A stretch of DNA of 64,000 nt from Octopus bimaculoides (Eukaryota), in NCBI RefSeq assembly GCF_001194135.2, contig NC_069006.1:24665611-24729610 (forward strand), read 5' to 3'. Positions 50,497 to 62,794 of this stretch are shown one piece after another. The translations under genes were made by a program, and so were the position numbers. Each line of letters starts with the position of its first letter. Position 1 is the first letter of the stretch. The notes beneath the pieces were generated by a model. The model ran no database searches. It was given only the letters and a program-made list of their open reading frames with translations, and had not been told where the DNA came from.

Positions 50497-53400
50497 CACA
50501 CGCATATATGGATGTATATATACGTGCACATATACTTGTATACATATGTACATGCATACACATATTCAAACACACGTATATATATATATATATGTATATA
50601 TATTATATAGTGGATTGCTTGATATAGCAATAGATGCAGGTAGATATATGAAGTATATGTGTGTGTGTGTGTATATATATAAATAGATGGATAGAGGCAG
50701 TTTGTCTATGAATATATATATATATATATATATATTGATTGATATAGACACATGAGTAGACACATGTGTGTGTGTGTGTATTTACAGACACATGCCAGCA
50801 TGGAAGACAGACGTTAAATGATGATGATGATGATGAAAGATAGGTATAGATATAATTTATATAGATATGTGGCTAGATACGTCACAATCAACATTCCTTC
50901 AAAAAAAATAAACAAATGAAAAAATGTGAAAATGGAGCCATTTTGATTATGTTTGTAGTAAATAACTGCAGTCATTCCATATATGTAAACTTTATGGGAT
51001 AATGTCTGTATTTTGAATCTCTGGCATCTGGAAGTCTGAAGGCATTTACCATTTACAGAGACAATTCTGCAAAGGGCCCTGATGTATTTTAACTGACAAA
51101 CGCCTTGGTGATAGCCTGATCTTGCATGGTTGTTGTTTGAAATGGGGAAATCTGTAGAAGGTTTTTATTTTTATTTTTCTCGAAATGCGTTTTTAAAAAT
51201 ATCTCCCAATGGACTGCAATTATTTCAATAATTCTTTTTCTTGACTCAGAGAAGTTTCGGTTTTCAAAACCAGAGTCCCCTATAACGTTTGGTAATTCAT
51301 TGCTAAATGCTTATCGGATAACAAGCAGTCGGTCGGTATGCCTGCCTCTTGTGTGTATGTGTGAATTCGATGCATACTTGCATATCCTTAAGTACAAGCT
51401 CACATGTACAACCACATTCTTACAGACACACACATACACACACAGTTGTTCACTGTTGCTTTTATACATATGCATACACATTCCAGCAGACACACATACA
51501 GACACATATCCCTACAACATATGCATATACACACACATATTTAATTTTTTTTTTACTTTTTTTTCTTGTTTTTTTCCCCTCTGCTAATCTTTTATTTGCG
51601 ACATTTTTTTGGTAATGTTTCTGATGTTTAAAACTGCATTTGTTCACGTCAGCTTGATGTGTGTTGCCTCTGTTGAGTCTATTGATGGTGAAAAATCTGT
51701 TGGATGTAAGGGGGGTGGAGAGAGAGAGAGAGAGGAGGACGCTAAATGTTTCACAGAGAGAAATATATTTTCAACTTTAATTAAATTCTGTTAATGCTCT
51801 TTAAGCTTTTCAAACACACACACACACACATGTACTTTTTCCCCATCTCCTCCGTTCTCGGTTAGTGAATTAGTGAAATTAAAATGTCTGTACATCTAAC
51901 TTCAACTTCTGGGGGGTCTTAGATTAAGAGCCCCCTTTCTAGGGGTAGTAAGGCAGCTGTGTCTAGTTCCAGTATGGCTGACTATAGCTAGTTTACCCAG
52001 TGAGAGAGTCTCTGTGTGTTTGCTCATCCTGCTAGAAATAGCAGGCATATCTCCCTCCTATTGCACTCCACTGTCTTCAAAACAGAATGTTTCCAATTGT
52101 GATTGTAAGTACTCAAACTCTTCAGCATTTAATCTGGCCATATCTATAGCACTAACATTCAACCTGTTTTATGCTCAGAGTAGCCAGATCTGATCTTTCA
52201 CACCTACCCTACAATGCCATTTTAAAAATAACAATCAGATCATAGGAATCCTGAAGCTGTGAGATGAGGCATGATTAATCCATGGTCATTTTAAAAAGGG
52301 CACGCCCGGAATACTTTCTGATCAGAGCTGATATGGCTGTGGGTTCAGCCCCACTGCAATGAAACTTGTGGGCACGTTTTCTGCTATAGCCTCAAGTCAA
52401 CCAAAGCCTTATGAGTGGAAACTTAAAGAAGCTCATTGTGTGTGTGTGTGTGAGATCACCACTTGACAACTAGTATTGGTGTGTTTATGTCCCCTATAAC
52501 TTAACGGTTCAGCAAAGGAGATCAATAGAATAAGTACGAGGCTTTAAAAACAAAAATATGTACTGGGATCGATTCATTCGACTAAAAAATTCTTCAAGGT
52601 GGTGCCCCAGCATGGCCACAGTCTAATGACCGAAGCAAGTAAAAGATAAAACGTAGGTGGTCAATGTCGGTAACAATTATTTAGTGGCTTTTAAGAATTT
52701 GGATAAGTTCATCGTCTACCATGGGGACAAGAGGATACTGGCTGTTGGTGTTTTGGGACTGACCTTTTGTCTGAGAGAGAGAGAGAGAATGTGTAGCTGT
52801 GTAGATCTAATTAACTAGAGTGTATTAAATCAATAAGTTATTGGGGCAGCTCCAATTAGCTATGCTGGAGCAGATTTTCAATATTTGCACACAGACACAG
52901 AAACCCATTCCAGAAGGTTGTCTGTTCATTGAGGAAGCCTTTGGGCAACAGATTATGCTGGGTTCTCTCCCTTGTTTCTACTNNNNNNNNNNCTCCACTA
53001 ATCTACAGAATCAGGTGATGATGATGATGCAGAATCATTTTCACTTGGTAGCTGAGGTGTATAATTGTGAGAGAAATTCTGTACGTCATCTTGTTACCTT
53101 CTGACGTGTCTGTTGGTTTTCATAATCTCTTTGTGGTTCAACTTGTCTTTACCCATTCTACGAATTAGCTCCGCCACCACCATCATTACTGCCAACCACT
53201 GTCCCCCCCCCCCAAGTTTCAAACATGGTACCTCTGAATTTTTTTAACATGAAAGAACAGCACTTGGGCTTTTTTCTTTTTTTTCTTTTTTCTTTTCGTA
53301 TCAGGTCTATAAACTATGAGAACTGTTTTATAGCTCTTTTATATTCCTGGCAATTTTTTTTTTTGTTCTTTTTATGTCTATTTCTTTTCATTTTCAAAAA

Positions 53401-53875
53401 GAGAAAATAAACAAAAGCATGAAAGCTTTCTTTAAATAGAGGAAGGGAGAACAAAAAAAAAAAAAAAAAAGCAAAAAAAGAGCAAAAGAAAATTGAAAAA
53501 GCAAAAAAATAAAAAAAATAAAATAAAACTCTCATTTAAAAAAAAAAAAACATACTTGGTTACCTTGAACTATTATGTAGTATACAAAACAATAACAGCA
53601 AGTGGTTGTATGTATTGATAAATTGAAACAGGTCGTACAGATGTAAAACTGGGTGGTGGAAGGGCTTGAGGCTTGAATTTCTTTGTAAACTTATTGCAGT
53701 CACAAACAAACTCTGTAAGGGTTTGTTAAGTTTTAACCTGTTGTTGTTGTTGAATAATGTATTGCTTATTTGCCTGGCCTACATTCACCTTAGCCTCGCT
53801 GTTAGCTCTGCTCCCAAACTCCTCCTGTTGATTTCTTTAAATAACTCACCGTTTTTAGAATTGTTTAATCCCTGT

Positions 53876-54350
53876 AGGTGCAGGGCGTGGCTGTGCAGTA
53901 AGAAGTTTGCTTCCCAACTGCATGGTCCTGGGTTCAGTCCCACTTGCATGGCACCTTAGGCAAGTGTCTTCTTCTACAGACTTAGGCTGACCAAAGCCTT
54001 GTGAGGAGATTTGATAGACGGAAACTGAAAGAAGCTTGTTGTGTGTGTGTGGCTTTGTGTCCGTATTTGTCTTCCACCACTGCTTGGCAACCAATGTTGG
54101 TGTGTTTATGTCCCCTGTAACTTAGTGGTTCAGCAAAAGAGACCAATAGAATAAGCACCAGGCTTGAAAATAAGTACCAAGGTCTTCGTGGTTCAACTTA
54201 TCTTTACCCATTCTACAAATTAGCTTCACCACTACTACCATCATTGCTGCCACCACAACCACTGACACCACTGCCACCATTACATCAGACTCTTAATTCT
54301 TCAAGGCAGTGCTCCAGTATGGCCACAGCCTAATGACTGAAACAAGTAAA
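53876..54350 (+). mobile_element. SINE (family 1), full length, with an internal captured local sequence
   Basis: Complete head-to-tail match to family 1 except for a non-SINE segment at 54188-54290. Confidence 0.88.
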
Positions 54351-56584
54351 AAGATTTTAAAAAATGAAAAAATTTCATTCAACACCTGGCTTCCAATTAC
54401 CTCATCAAAATCTCAAAGCTACGAGATAATTCCTGATTAGCATACACTTTATTCTTTCCAAAGTAATGCTTATTCATTTTGCTTTGAATTAAAGGGTTAA
54501 TTATATAAATAATAATAGGACTTTTTAAATGTCAAATGGCTGTTGGGGTCCAGCCAAGTAAAATAAGAACCAATGGTAGAGACAAACATAAAGAGGCACA
54601 CACACACCACAGGCTTCCACACAGTTTCCTTGTACCAAATCCACTCACAAGGCTTTGGTTGGCCTGAAGCTATAGTTGAAGACTCTTATGTTTTTGTTAC
54701 TAATTATTATTAGGAGTTGTATAAAACAATCAAAATATTTTGTGTGTTGTAGAAGTGTGATTTATTGCACATGAAGCTTAGCAACAAAATCTTATAGGAC
54801 CACCACCACCACCACGTCGCCCACAAGGGTCATGCGAACCACTAGTGTAAATTTTACTATGTCAAACATCTTGAGGTAGGATCTGAATCATATGTAGCAC
54901 TTTATTTTTCAATCCATTCTGCTTTGTCATTCTGCTCGATTCACCTTTAAATAACAATTCAAAATAGGTTAGTGTTTTCAATAAAACGGCTCGAATTTTG
55001 ACGCAAGTCGTATTCAAGTTGTTGACGACACACAGCAATGGAAAAGGTTAATTGAGTTGAGTTTTATCTGTGAACCAATTGTTGTGCATAACTTATTTTA
55101 TTTTTTTTGTATTTGTTAATTTTTTTCTTTATTGATTTTCCGAGCAACATGAGTTTAGGGAGTAGAGCCAGCATCTGAATTTTTGGTTGCTAATATTGAA
55201 ATTTGAAGGGGCTTCTCATTAAGCTGTTTAATAATCGTAAAGGATGAATTGACAAATAATTAGTAATTTATCATGTTACTTAGTCTCAATATCTGGAAAC
55301 GTGTAACGGTATTGATCTTGGTCTCCTCTGTTGCAATTGTCACATGTGATTGCCTGGTTAAGAAACACGTGAACGAGGAAAACCCAGCTCAGTGGAAAGG
55401 AATTTAGAAATTACCATTTCATATAGTCATTTTTATCTCCTAGTTTTTATTTATTTATTTAACTTTTTTTTTTATCTGGATTGAAGAATTGGTATATTTT
55501 CTTAGCAGTCACTGTTGATTCAGCTCTGATAAGATTTTTCAGCTAACCATAGTAACTACACCTTCTTTAACATACACGCAGGCAGACTTTAGAATTAATC
55601 CATTTTTAACCCACTTTCTTCATAATGTTAGTTAATGGCAGTTGGCTCTGGCATTTTTGGTGAAGTTATGTTTTCATTTCGTATCTTTAGAGTGGCTAGA
55701 TCTCAAAAAAAAAAAAAAGAAAGAAAAAAGAAAGAAAAAAACTGAAAATATAATCTTGTTAAGTATGACAAATACCGAATTTGATGGTATTCACCAAATA
55801 TCAGTCTGCTTAAACGATGATTAGCAATCATGCTTAGTTGATGAGACTATGAAGACAGTTTTGTTATTTTATTTTTATTTTATCTGTACTAAAACACAAC
55901 TGAAATTATTCTAAATGGTAATTAAACATCAAGAACTGTATTTCAACTTCAACAATATTTGCCGGCTTGTGTTCATATTTTAACTGCGTAATCTAGTTTA
56001 CTGATTAGGATCAACTGGTTTTACCGTTGTTGCTAATAAATTATCATATCTTCTGACTGGTGAGAATTCTTCAGAATTACTGGTTGTCTGTCAATTTCTA
56101 TTATGCAAATCATGCCTTTACACTCATTAGCAGCAGGTTTAAATAAACGAAAGCTAGATCTCCCTCTGGGTACAATGTTAGCTTTTATCGCACAGAATTT
56201 TCTGAGATCTGATATCAGTTCCTTGCAGTTAAGTGGACTGTGTCTGTGGAATTCTATTGATAGGAATTATGATTTTGAAGTAGGACACTTGGCTCTTGAT
56301 GCTTTTTAACTCTCTCTCTCTCTCTCACAGAGCCGTATCCATCTTGTCCTTCCACCTTTATCTTATAGCTAGAAATTTATATATCTAATATATCTAATAT
56401 ATGTTTGTGTGTGTGTGTGTGTGTGCTGCACATTTTTGACTCTCCAATGGAAAGCTTCCTGATTAAGCACGAGTTCTCCAGCTACCTTGCTGCTCTCGTC
56501 CAATTAGCTCTTGACATTGTATACTTTGCCTGTTTTTTGATCTACTACCCTCCACTCTTCTTCTTCCATGATAATGTTTTCCAG

Positions 56585-56633
<49 letters not shown>

Positions 56634-56944
56634 NNNNNNNNNNNNNNNNNNNNNNNNNNNNNNNNNNNNNNNNNNNNNNNNNNNNNNNNNNNNNNNNNNN
56701 NNNNNNNNNNNNNNNNNNNNNNNNNNNNNNNNNNNNNNNNNNNNNNNNNNNNNNNNNNNNNNNNNNNNNNNNNNNNNNNNNNNNNNNNNNNNNNNNNNNN
56801 NNNNNNNNNNNNNNNNNNNNNNNNNNNNNNNNNNNNNNNNNNNNNNNNNNNNNNNNNNNNNNNNNNNNNNNNNNNNNNNNNNNNNNNNNNNNNNNNNNNN
56901 NNNNNNNNNNNNNNNNNNNNNNNNNNNNNNNNNNNNNNNNNNNN

Positions 56945-56981
<37 letters not shown>

Positions 56982-57324
56982 CAAAAGTAAATGAGTATAT
57001 GCATATATACGTACAGGTATGTGCATACCGACATCCACCTGTATGTATAGGTGCATATCTGGGTACAGGACATTGCAAACAAACGTAGACGAGAACACAC
57101 GAGCCACATAGAGAACATTCTACTTCATCAGCTACCCACGTTTTAACACCGGCGTTTCGACGAGCTTCGGGCAGGACGCAACGTTATATGTTATAATTTC
57201 TCTCTCTCTCTCTCTATATATATTTTATAATTTAGAACAAACAGTAAGTTGTCATTATAGTACTCGAGGTCTCATTCTCATTCTTTTGTTGTCACTTTTT
57301 GTTATTATATATATATATATATAT

Positions 57325-57580
57325 TTATTTATGCGCCCTTCTAAAGCCCAGCCAGGCTCATGGGCCCGGTTTCCCGGTTTCTATGGCGCATGTGTTCCCC
57401 TTCCCCAGCTGGATGGGACACCAGTCCATCGCAGCGTTACTCATGAAGCAGGAAGAAAGAGTGAGAGAAAGTTGGGGCGAAAGAGTACAACAGAGGTTGC
57501 CACCACCCCCTGCCACGCACACATATGAAAGGAGTTCAGTTGGCATTAGGAGTGAAAAATCTCACAATTTGCTCTTTGTC
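57325..57580 (+). mobile_element. GC-rich SINE-like interspersed repeat
   Basis: Follows an (AT)n/TTA tract, is GC-rich with cttccccagctggatgggacaccagtccatcgcag, and has no splice or coding context. Confidence 0.5.
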
Positions 57581-57733
57581 TGAGAATGTGGAAAGGAACA
57601 GCAAGTGCTGTTGCTTTGGCTGCTGGCCAGTAGATGCTGGAGTGATGTGGTGGGGAGAGGAAAGGGCCACAGCAGAGGTACTCCAGATGGATCAGAAGTC
57701 TGGCATACAAGTAGATAAACTGTTGTGTATGTA

Positions 57734-57957
57734 CAAGGGGGTGGGGTGCTGAAAAGTTCCTGACTTTGGGTAAAAGAAAATACAGGAGGATCAGTTAATT
57801 ATGGTTTTATTCAACATTTTCCCCTCTTCCAGATTCGCACACTTATTGCAGCAGTCCTTCAGTTTTTTTAAGCCCTGTAAAAGAATTCAGAAGGTTGGGC
57901 CTTCAACCAGCTGTTTTGCAATGCCCTTAAAGCCAAGAACTTTTAAACATCCCCTCG
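57734..57957. mobile_element. Mariner-derived MITE, near full length
   Basis: TA|caagggggtggggtgctgaaaagttcctg ... ccaagaacttttaaacatcccctcg. The minus strand retains a frame-disrupted transposase C-terminus (KL.DCCNKCANL..ENVE*-like). Confidence 0.85.
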
Positions 57958-58136
57958 TTTATATGTATGCATACAGATAATGTATTCTATTTTCTTTATC
58001 ATTGAAATACTTTGTGTATAGCTCTGACCAGACTGTTGCCTTGTTATCACTGTGATTGAAGTTATAAATTTAAAATTAAAATGATTAACTTGTAAAATAA
58101 TTAATTAATTTCTTTTTGTTATTTTTCTTTTCAAAG

Positions 58137-58233
58137 GTTGATGAATCATATGTGGATGCTAAAATAAATGAATGTACAGAACGTGTTGTGTCTATCTTCA
58201 CACCGAGACCGCAGGTAGTTAGGAGCTAACATC
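58137..58233 (+). promoter_or_regulatory. 5' UTR part of the TAO kinase start exon, containing uORFs
   Basis: A strong acceptor (long T-rich tract + AAAG) at 58136 implies an upstream non-coding exon. Five ATGs lie in the 97 nt before the main ATG. Confidence 0.7.
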
Positions 58234-58365
58234 ATGCCTTCCCTACCAAAGCCAGGAAGCTTAAAGGACCCTGAAACTGCAGCTCTCTTCAGCTTGGAAG
58301 ATCCGGAAAAAGTTTTTACGGAACTGAGAGAGATTGGCCATGGCAGTTTTGGTGCAGTGTATTTT
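58234..58365 (+). CDS. TAOK: TAO kinase, coding exon 1 ([44 protein letters not shown])
   Basis: Manual translation gives the TAO N-terminus (GSLKDP...[21 protein letters not shown]) with the glycine-rich loop. The coding part is 132 nt and ends at a GTAAGT donor (58366). The exon is entered through a polypyrimidine/AAAG acceptor at 58136. Confidence 0.97.
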
Positions 58366-59011
58366 GTAAGTTGACTTCAATTAATAAATTAGCTATGCAG
58401 TTCAGCTTCTCTAATTTAATTTAAAATGAAACAAAACAGATGAATAAACGAACATCACCTGAATTAATATTGAAGGATCTCTCTCTCACTCGTTTTCTCT
58501 CTCTTTCTCTCGTTTTTCTCTCTATGGCCAGTTTAAAAGCTGACGGGTTAAACTGATGTTCAGGCCAAAAATTAACATGGAATTTTGATAAAAATTTTAA
58601 ATTTTGATCACTTTAAAACAAAGTTCCTGGACGCTCTGTTTCCTGCCTTATTAAAACCATACCACCTCCTCTTCATCCAAACCCACTGCTATAAAAAATT
58701 TCGCCTTGCACCTTGGCCTTCTGTCAGTTGTAAGTATTGTCTGGACTAGATGCAAGGGCCCCAGTGGTATCAGAACAAGTCCACATTGCGTCAACCCCAT
58801 TTCTCTTCCATTTTCTAATGTCTTTGAGAGAGGCATGAATGTCATACACTCTCATGTTGTTATTCCATATAAACTTACATCCTTCAGGCTAGACAAACAT
58901 AAAAACGGCAATGGATGCCCTTGACTGTGCACCATGCTGAATGACCTGCAGTGCTTTATCTTCCGTCTCTCAATTGCAAGATCAGTTCCTCAGCAGAGTC
59001 ACTGTATTCTT

Positions 59012-59061
<50 letters not shown>

Positions 59062-59406
59062 NNNNNNNNNNNNNNNNNNNNNNNNNNNNNNNNNNNNNNN
59101 NNNNNNNNNNNNNNNNNNNNNNNNNNNNNNNNNNNNNNNNNNNNNNNNNNNNNNNNNNNNNNNNNNNNNNNNNNNNNNNNNNNNNNNNNNNNNNNNNNNN
59201 NNNNNNNNNNNNNNNNNNNNNNNNNNNNNNNNNNNNNNNNNNNNNNNNNNNNNNNNNNNNNNNNNNNNNNNNNNNNNNNNNNNNNNNNNNNNNNNNNNNN
59301 NNNNNNNNNNNNNNNNNNNNNNNNNNNNNNNNNNNNNNNNNNNNNNNNNNNNNNNNNNNNNNNNNNNNNNNNNNNNNNNNNNNNNNNNNNNNNNNNNNNN
59401 NNNNNN

Positions 59407-59450
<44 letters not shown>

Positions 59451-60281
59451 TGATATAATAATCTCAGACGAATTTGTATTTCAACAAAAGGACATCAAGA
59501 ATTATTTCTTCTACTTATCATTTATGCATGTGTAACAAAGGAGGAAAAAAATGCATTTTGATTCACCAAACCCAAATTTAATGAGTTTGAGCCATTCACC
59601 CAATGAGTATTTCTGCCACATTTGGTGAAAATCCATTCAGCTGTTTTCCAGTAATTTTGCAAACAAACAGACTCAGATGAGCAACTGCAATACCCTGCTT
59701 TCGCTTACGTGTGCAGAGTAACAAATAAGCATTACGTTTGACAGGGGAATCTGAATGCTAAAGAGTTAAAAAGAAATACTGGGGTTGATTCCTTTGACTA
59801 AAACCCTTCGAGGTGGTACCCTAGCATGGCTGTTGTCCAGTGATTGAAACAAAAGATAATTAAGTATAGGCCAAGAAAAATGACAGCTTTTTACTTACTC
59901 TTTTTGTTATTTTTATTAGTCCATTGAACAATTTAATGATAGTTATAAATATTTTATTAAAAAAATAATATATACTTCCAAAAGGATAACCGAACCTTCA
60001 AAGACCTACATGTAATTATCGTTATTTTATAAGTGCTTTTATCATAATATTTGTAGCAGAACTGAGTCTCATAAAGATTTCTTTGTTGTTAATTGTTCCT
60101 TTTCAGTTTATTAAAATTGTCCCTGTTTCTGATGCTGCAATATGAAGTTCACCCTCTACTCCAGCACTCGCTCTTTCATTTCAATCCTCTCATTCCTTGT
60201 TTGCCAGACAGTAGTGCAGTGTGATAAATATTTCATCTTCTCATTTACATTCATTTTACTTCACTTACTACCACTCACTCA

Positions 60282-60903
60282 CTCTCTATTTGTCATTTGA
60301 CAGCCTTCTACTTCCCACACTATCTCTTTATCATGACAGCAAATAAAGACATATTGTTAATTATAATGTAAATCCAGTGTAAATTGCTTAATTCTACATT
60401 CCATCAGTTCAATTGTTTGTGAGCAATAAGTACAATACCTTTTTTTAATTTTTTTCTGGGGAAAATAACTAGCATGTTATCATCCCTCAATTGTTTAACA
60501 CTATGAAAACCAAACTAGAACACATACAAAAAAAAAAAAAAAAAAAAAAAAAAAANNNNNNNNNNNNNNNNNNNNNNNNNNNNNNNNNNNNNNNNNNNNN
60601 NNNNNNNNNNNNNNNNNNNNNNNNNNNNNNNNNNNNNNCTCTCTATTTGTCATTTGACAGCCTTCTACTTCCCACACTATCTCTTTATCATGACAGCAAA
60701 TAAAGACATATTGTTAATTATAATGTAAATCCAGTGTAAATTGCTTAATTCTACATTCCATCAGTTCAATTGTTTGTGAGCAATAAGTACAATACCTTTT
60801 TTTAATTTTTTTCTGGGGAAAATAACTAGCATGTTATCATCCCTCAATTGTTTAACACTATGAAAACCAAACTAGAACACATACAAAAAAAAAAAAAAAA
60901 AAA
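60282..60903. other. Identical duplicated segment on both sides of an N-gap (probable assembly artefact)
   Basis: 60282-60555 is repeated at 60639-60903, separated only by Ns at 60556-60638. Both copies end in poly-A. Confidence 0.85.
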
Positions 60904-61499
60904 GGTGGAATAGGAGTGATGGCCTTGATGAAATATTTTGTAGATAGATGAGTGTTGAAAATTTGGTTTTCAATAACTGTATGCATTTTTATTCAATTAA
61001 AGAAATGTCACTAGTGTCTGGTTATAAGATTGACAGAATATTGCAGCACCCAATATTACATATTATTACAAGCACCTGGTGTTTAGGTCTAGGGGTTAGG
61101 GTTTAGGGTGGTGTGTGTATTCTTTACCTCCGGCCAGATTCTCCCTGTTTTATTTTCAAACCAGCCAGATAAGGCTTATCTGGCTTCTCACATCTACTCT
61201 ACAATGTCATTTTAAAAATGAACAATCACATCATTGAAATCTTGGAAGCTATAAACGATTATGATGATGATATTTCAACCAAATAAGGGAAAAAGTTATT
61301 TTATTGAAATTCTCCTTTCTAAAGTTTTGATCATTTAAAAAAAATAATCGAGACAGGCAGTGTATTCCATCCGAAATATGGTTAAGGAATGGTGAAATAT
61401 TGATAGGAACCATTTTTTTGTTGACATATGTACTGCTTAACTCCACACGCCATGCATTATTTGCTTCTTAGTGTCTTTTTTTCTCTCTTTATTCTTCAG

Positions 61500-61571
61500 G
61501 CTAAAAACCAAATCACAAAGGAGATTGTTGCCATTAAAAAAATGTCTTTCAGTGGAAAAAGTTCTGCAGAG
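61500..61571 (+). CDS. TAOK: TAO kinase, coding exon 2 (AKNQITKEIVAIKKMSFSGKSSAE)
   Basis: ttcttcag acceptor, 72 nt phase 0, GTGAGT donor. Contains VAIK (catalytic Lys) and the TAO-typical KKMS.SGK.S.E. Confidence 0.97.
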
Positions 61572-61790
61572 GTGAGTCACAAGTTTACAGCATTTTAATA
61601 TTTTGTTCATATTCCTCCTTGTTACTTGATCCAGACCTGCATAATTACAGGTTCCAGGGTGGCTTTTTATCAATTTGAAAATTAGCAAATCCAGAAAAAT
61701 ATCTCCAATTTCTTCACTTTCTCTTTGTCCTCTGATGTTTTAACTTTTTTTTCCCCCCCCCAATTGATTTCACTTTCTGTTGTTTATTAG

Positions 61791-61892
61791 AAATGGCAAG
61801 ACATAGTAAAAGAAGTGAAATTCCTGCGGGACTTGAAGCATAGAAATATTATTGATTTTAAAGGGTGCTATTTGAGGGAGCATACGACATGG
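61791..61892 (+). CDS. TAOK: TAO kinase, coding exon 3 ([34 protein letters not shown])
   Basis: tttattag acceptor, 102 nt phase 0, GTAAGT donor. Contains KWQDI.KEV (alphaC Glu) and GCYLREHT.W, both typical of TAO kinases. Confidence 0.97.
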
Positions 61893-62748
61893 GTAAGTTT
61901 CTTTATTTTTTTATTATCGTTTTATTGAAAGACAATTAGATATGATTTAGAAATTTAGGGGAAAAATACCCCTCACCCTAAAAAGTGAAACAAAAGTAAG
62001 TAATGAAAAATAATTAAACTGTTTTAGATATCTTCTGTTTCCATAATGTCAGAGACATGTTGTGCACTCAACACTGGCCAAACTGCTTTCATTGTTGCTG
62101 TTTGTCTGTGGCAATTTCATCGAATCTAATATTGCATTTGGCAGGATCAGTCATGAACAACCTGTGACCTACCTGATGATAAGCCAGATCTCATGTGGTC
62201 TGCTTCTTGAAAATGGTTGCCCAAGCCTGGACCAGATCCCAATATCTTGTGAACTGTAGGTCATCTTTCACAAAACCCTCCACCACAATAATGTTCAGTG
62301 ACTTGATGTTTGTAGTCGTAAGAATTACCCGCAGTGTATTTGGTCCTGTCGAAATGGGACCAAATCTGAATTTACCATTTTGAACAAAGCAGCACTGTAG
62401 CCGTGTGCAAGCAATTTACCATGATATGAAACTGGCTGTAGAACTCATGTTGGGTTTGAAGTAACTCAGATATTGAACATTGAATCTATGACAGATGGGT
62501 TTTCTATTTCAGCTTCCAAAACATTTTGTCTTAACCCTTTAGCATTCAGATTAGTCTGTTAAATATAATACTTATTTATTTATTCATTGTTTTGAATTAA
62601 TCCTGCATTATCTCATAGCTTTGAGATTTCAATGATGTAATTATTATTATTATTGTTTTTTTTTTTATATAATGAAATTGTATGATAGGGTGAGAGTTTG
62701 AAATTCTTGTATTTCTTGTGTTTTTTTTTCTCATTATCTCTCCCTCAG

Positions 62749-62794
62749 CTTGTCATGGAGTACTGTCTTGGTTCTGCAGCAGACATAATTGAAG
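62749..62794 (+). CDS. TAOK: TAO kinase, coding exon 4 (LVMEYCLGSAADIIE); gene continues beyond the window
   Basis: ctccctcag acceptor, 46 nt, G|GTAAAT donor. Contains the LVMEYCLGSA hinge/gatekeeper motif. Confidence 0.96.

Noticed and set aside
60282-60903. Tandem duplication in TAO kinase intron
   Set aside because: Identical copies separated only by Ns and ending in poly-A are typical of unmerged contig overlaps.
61082-61110. Interstitial telomeric repeat (TTAGGG-like)
   Set aside because: Only one exact and two or three degenerate units. This is too short and is more likely part of a transposon subterminal sequence.
62170-62225. CTGATGA...GAAA as a hammerhead
   Set aside because: There is no valid NUH or stem I, and the segment reads on the minus strand like a hAT MITE end (CAGGCTTGGGCAACC).
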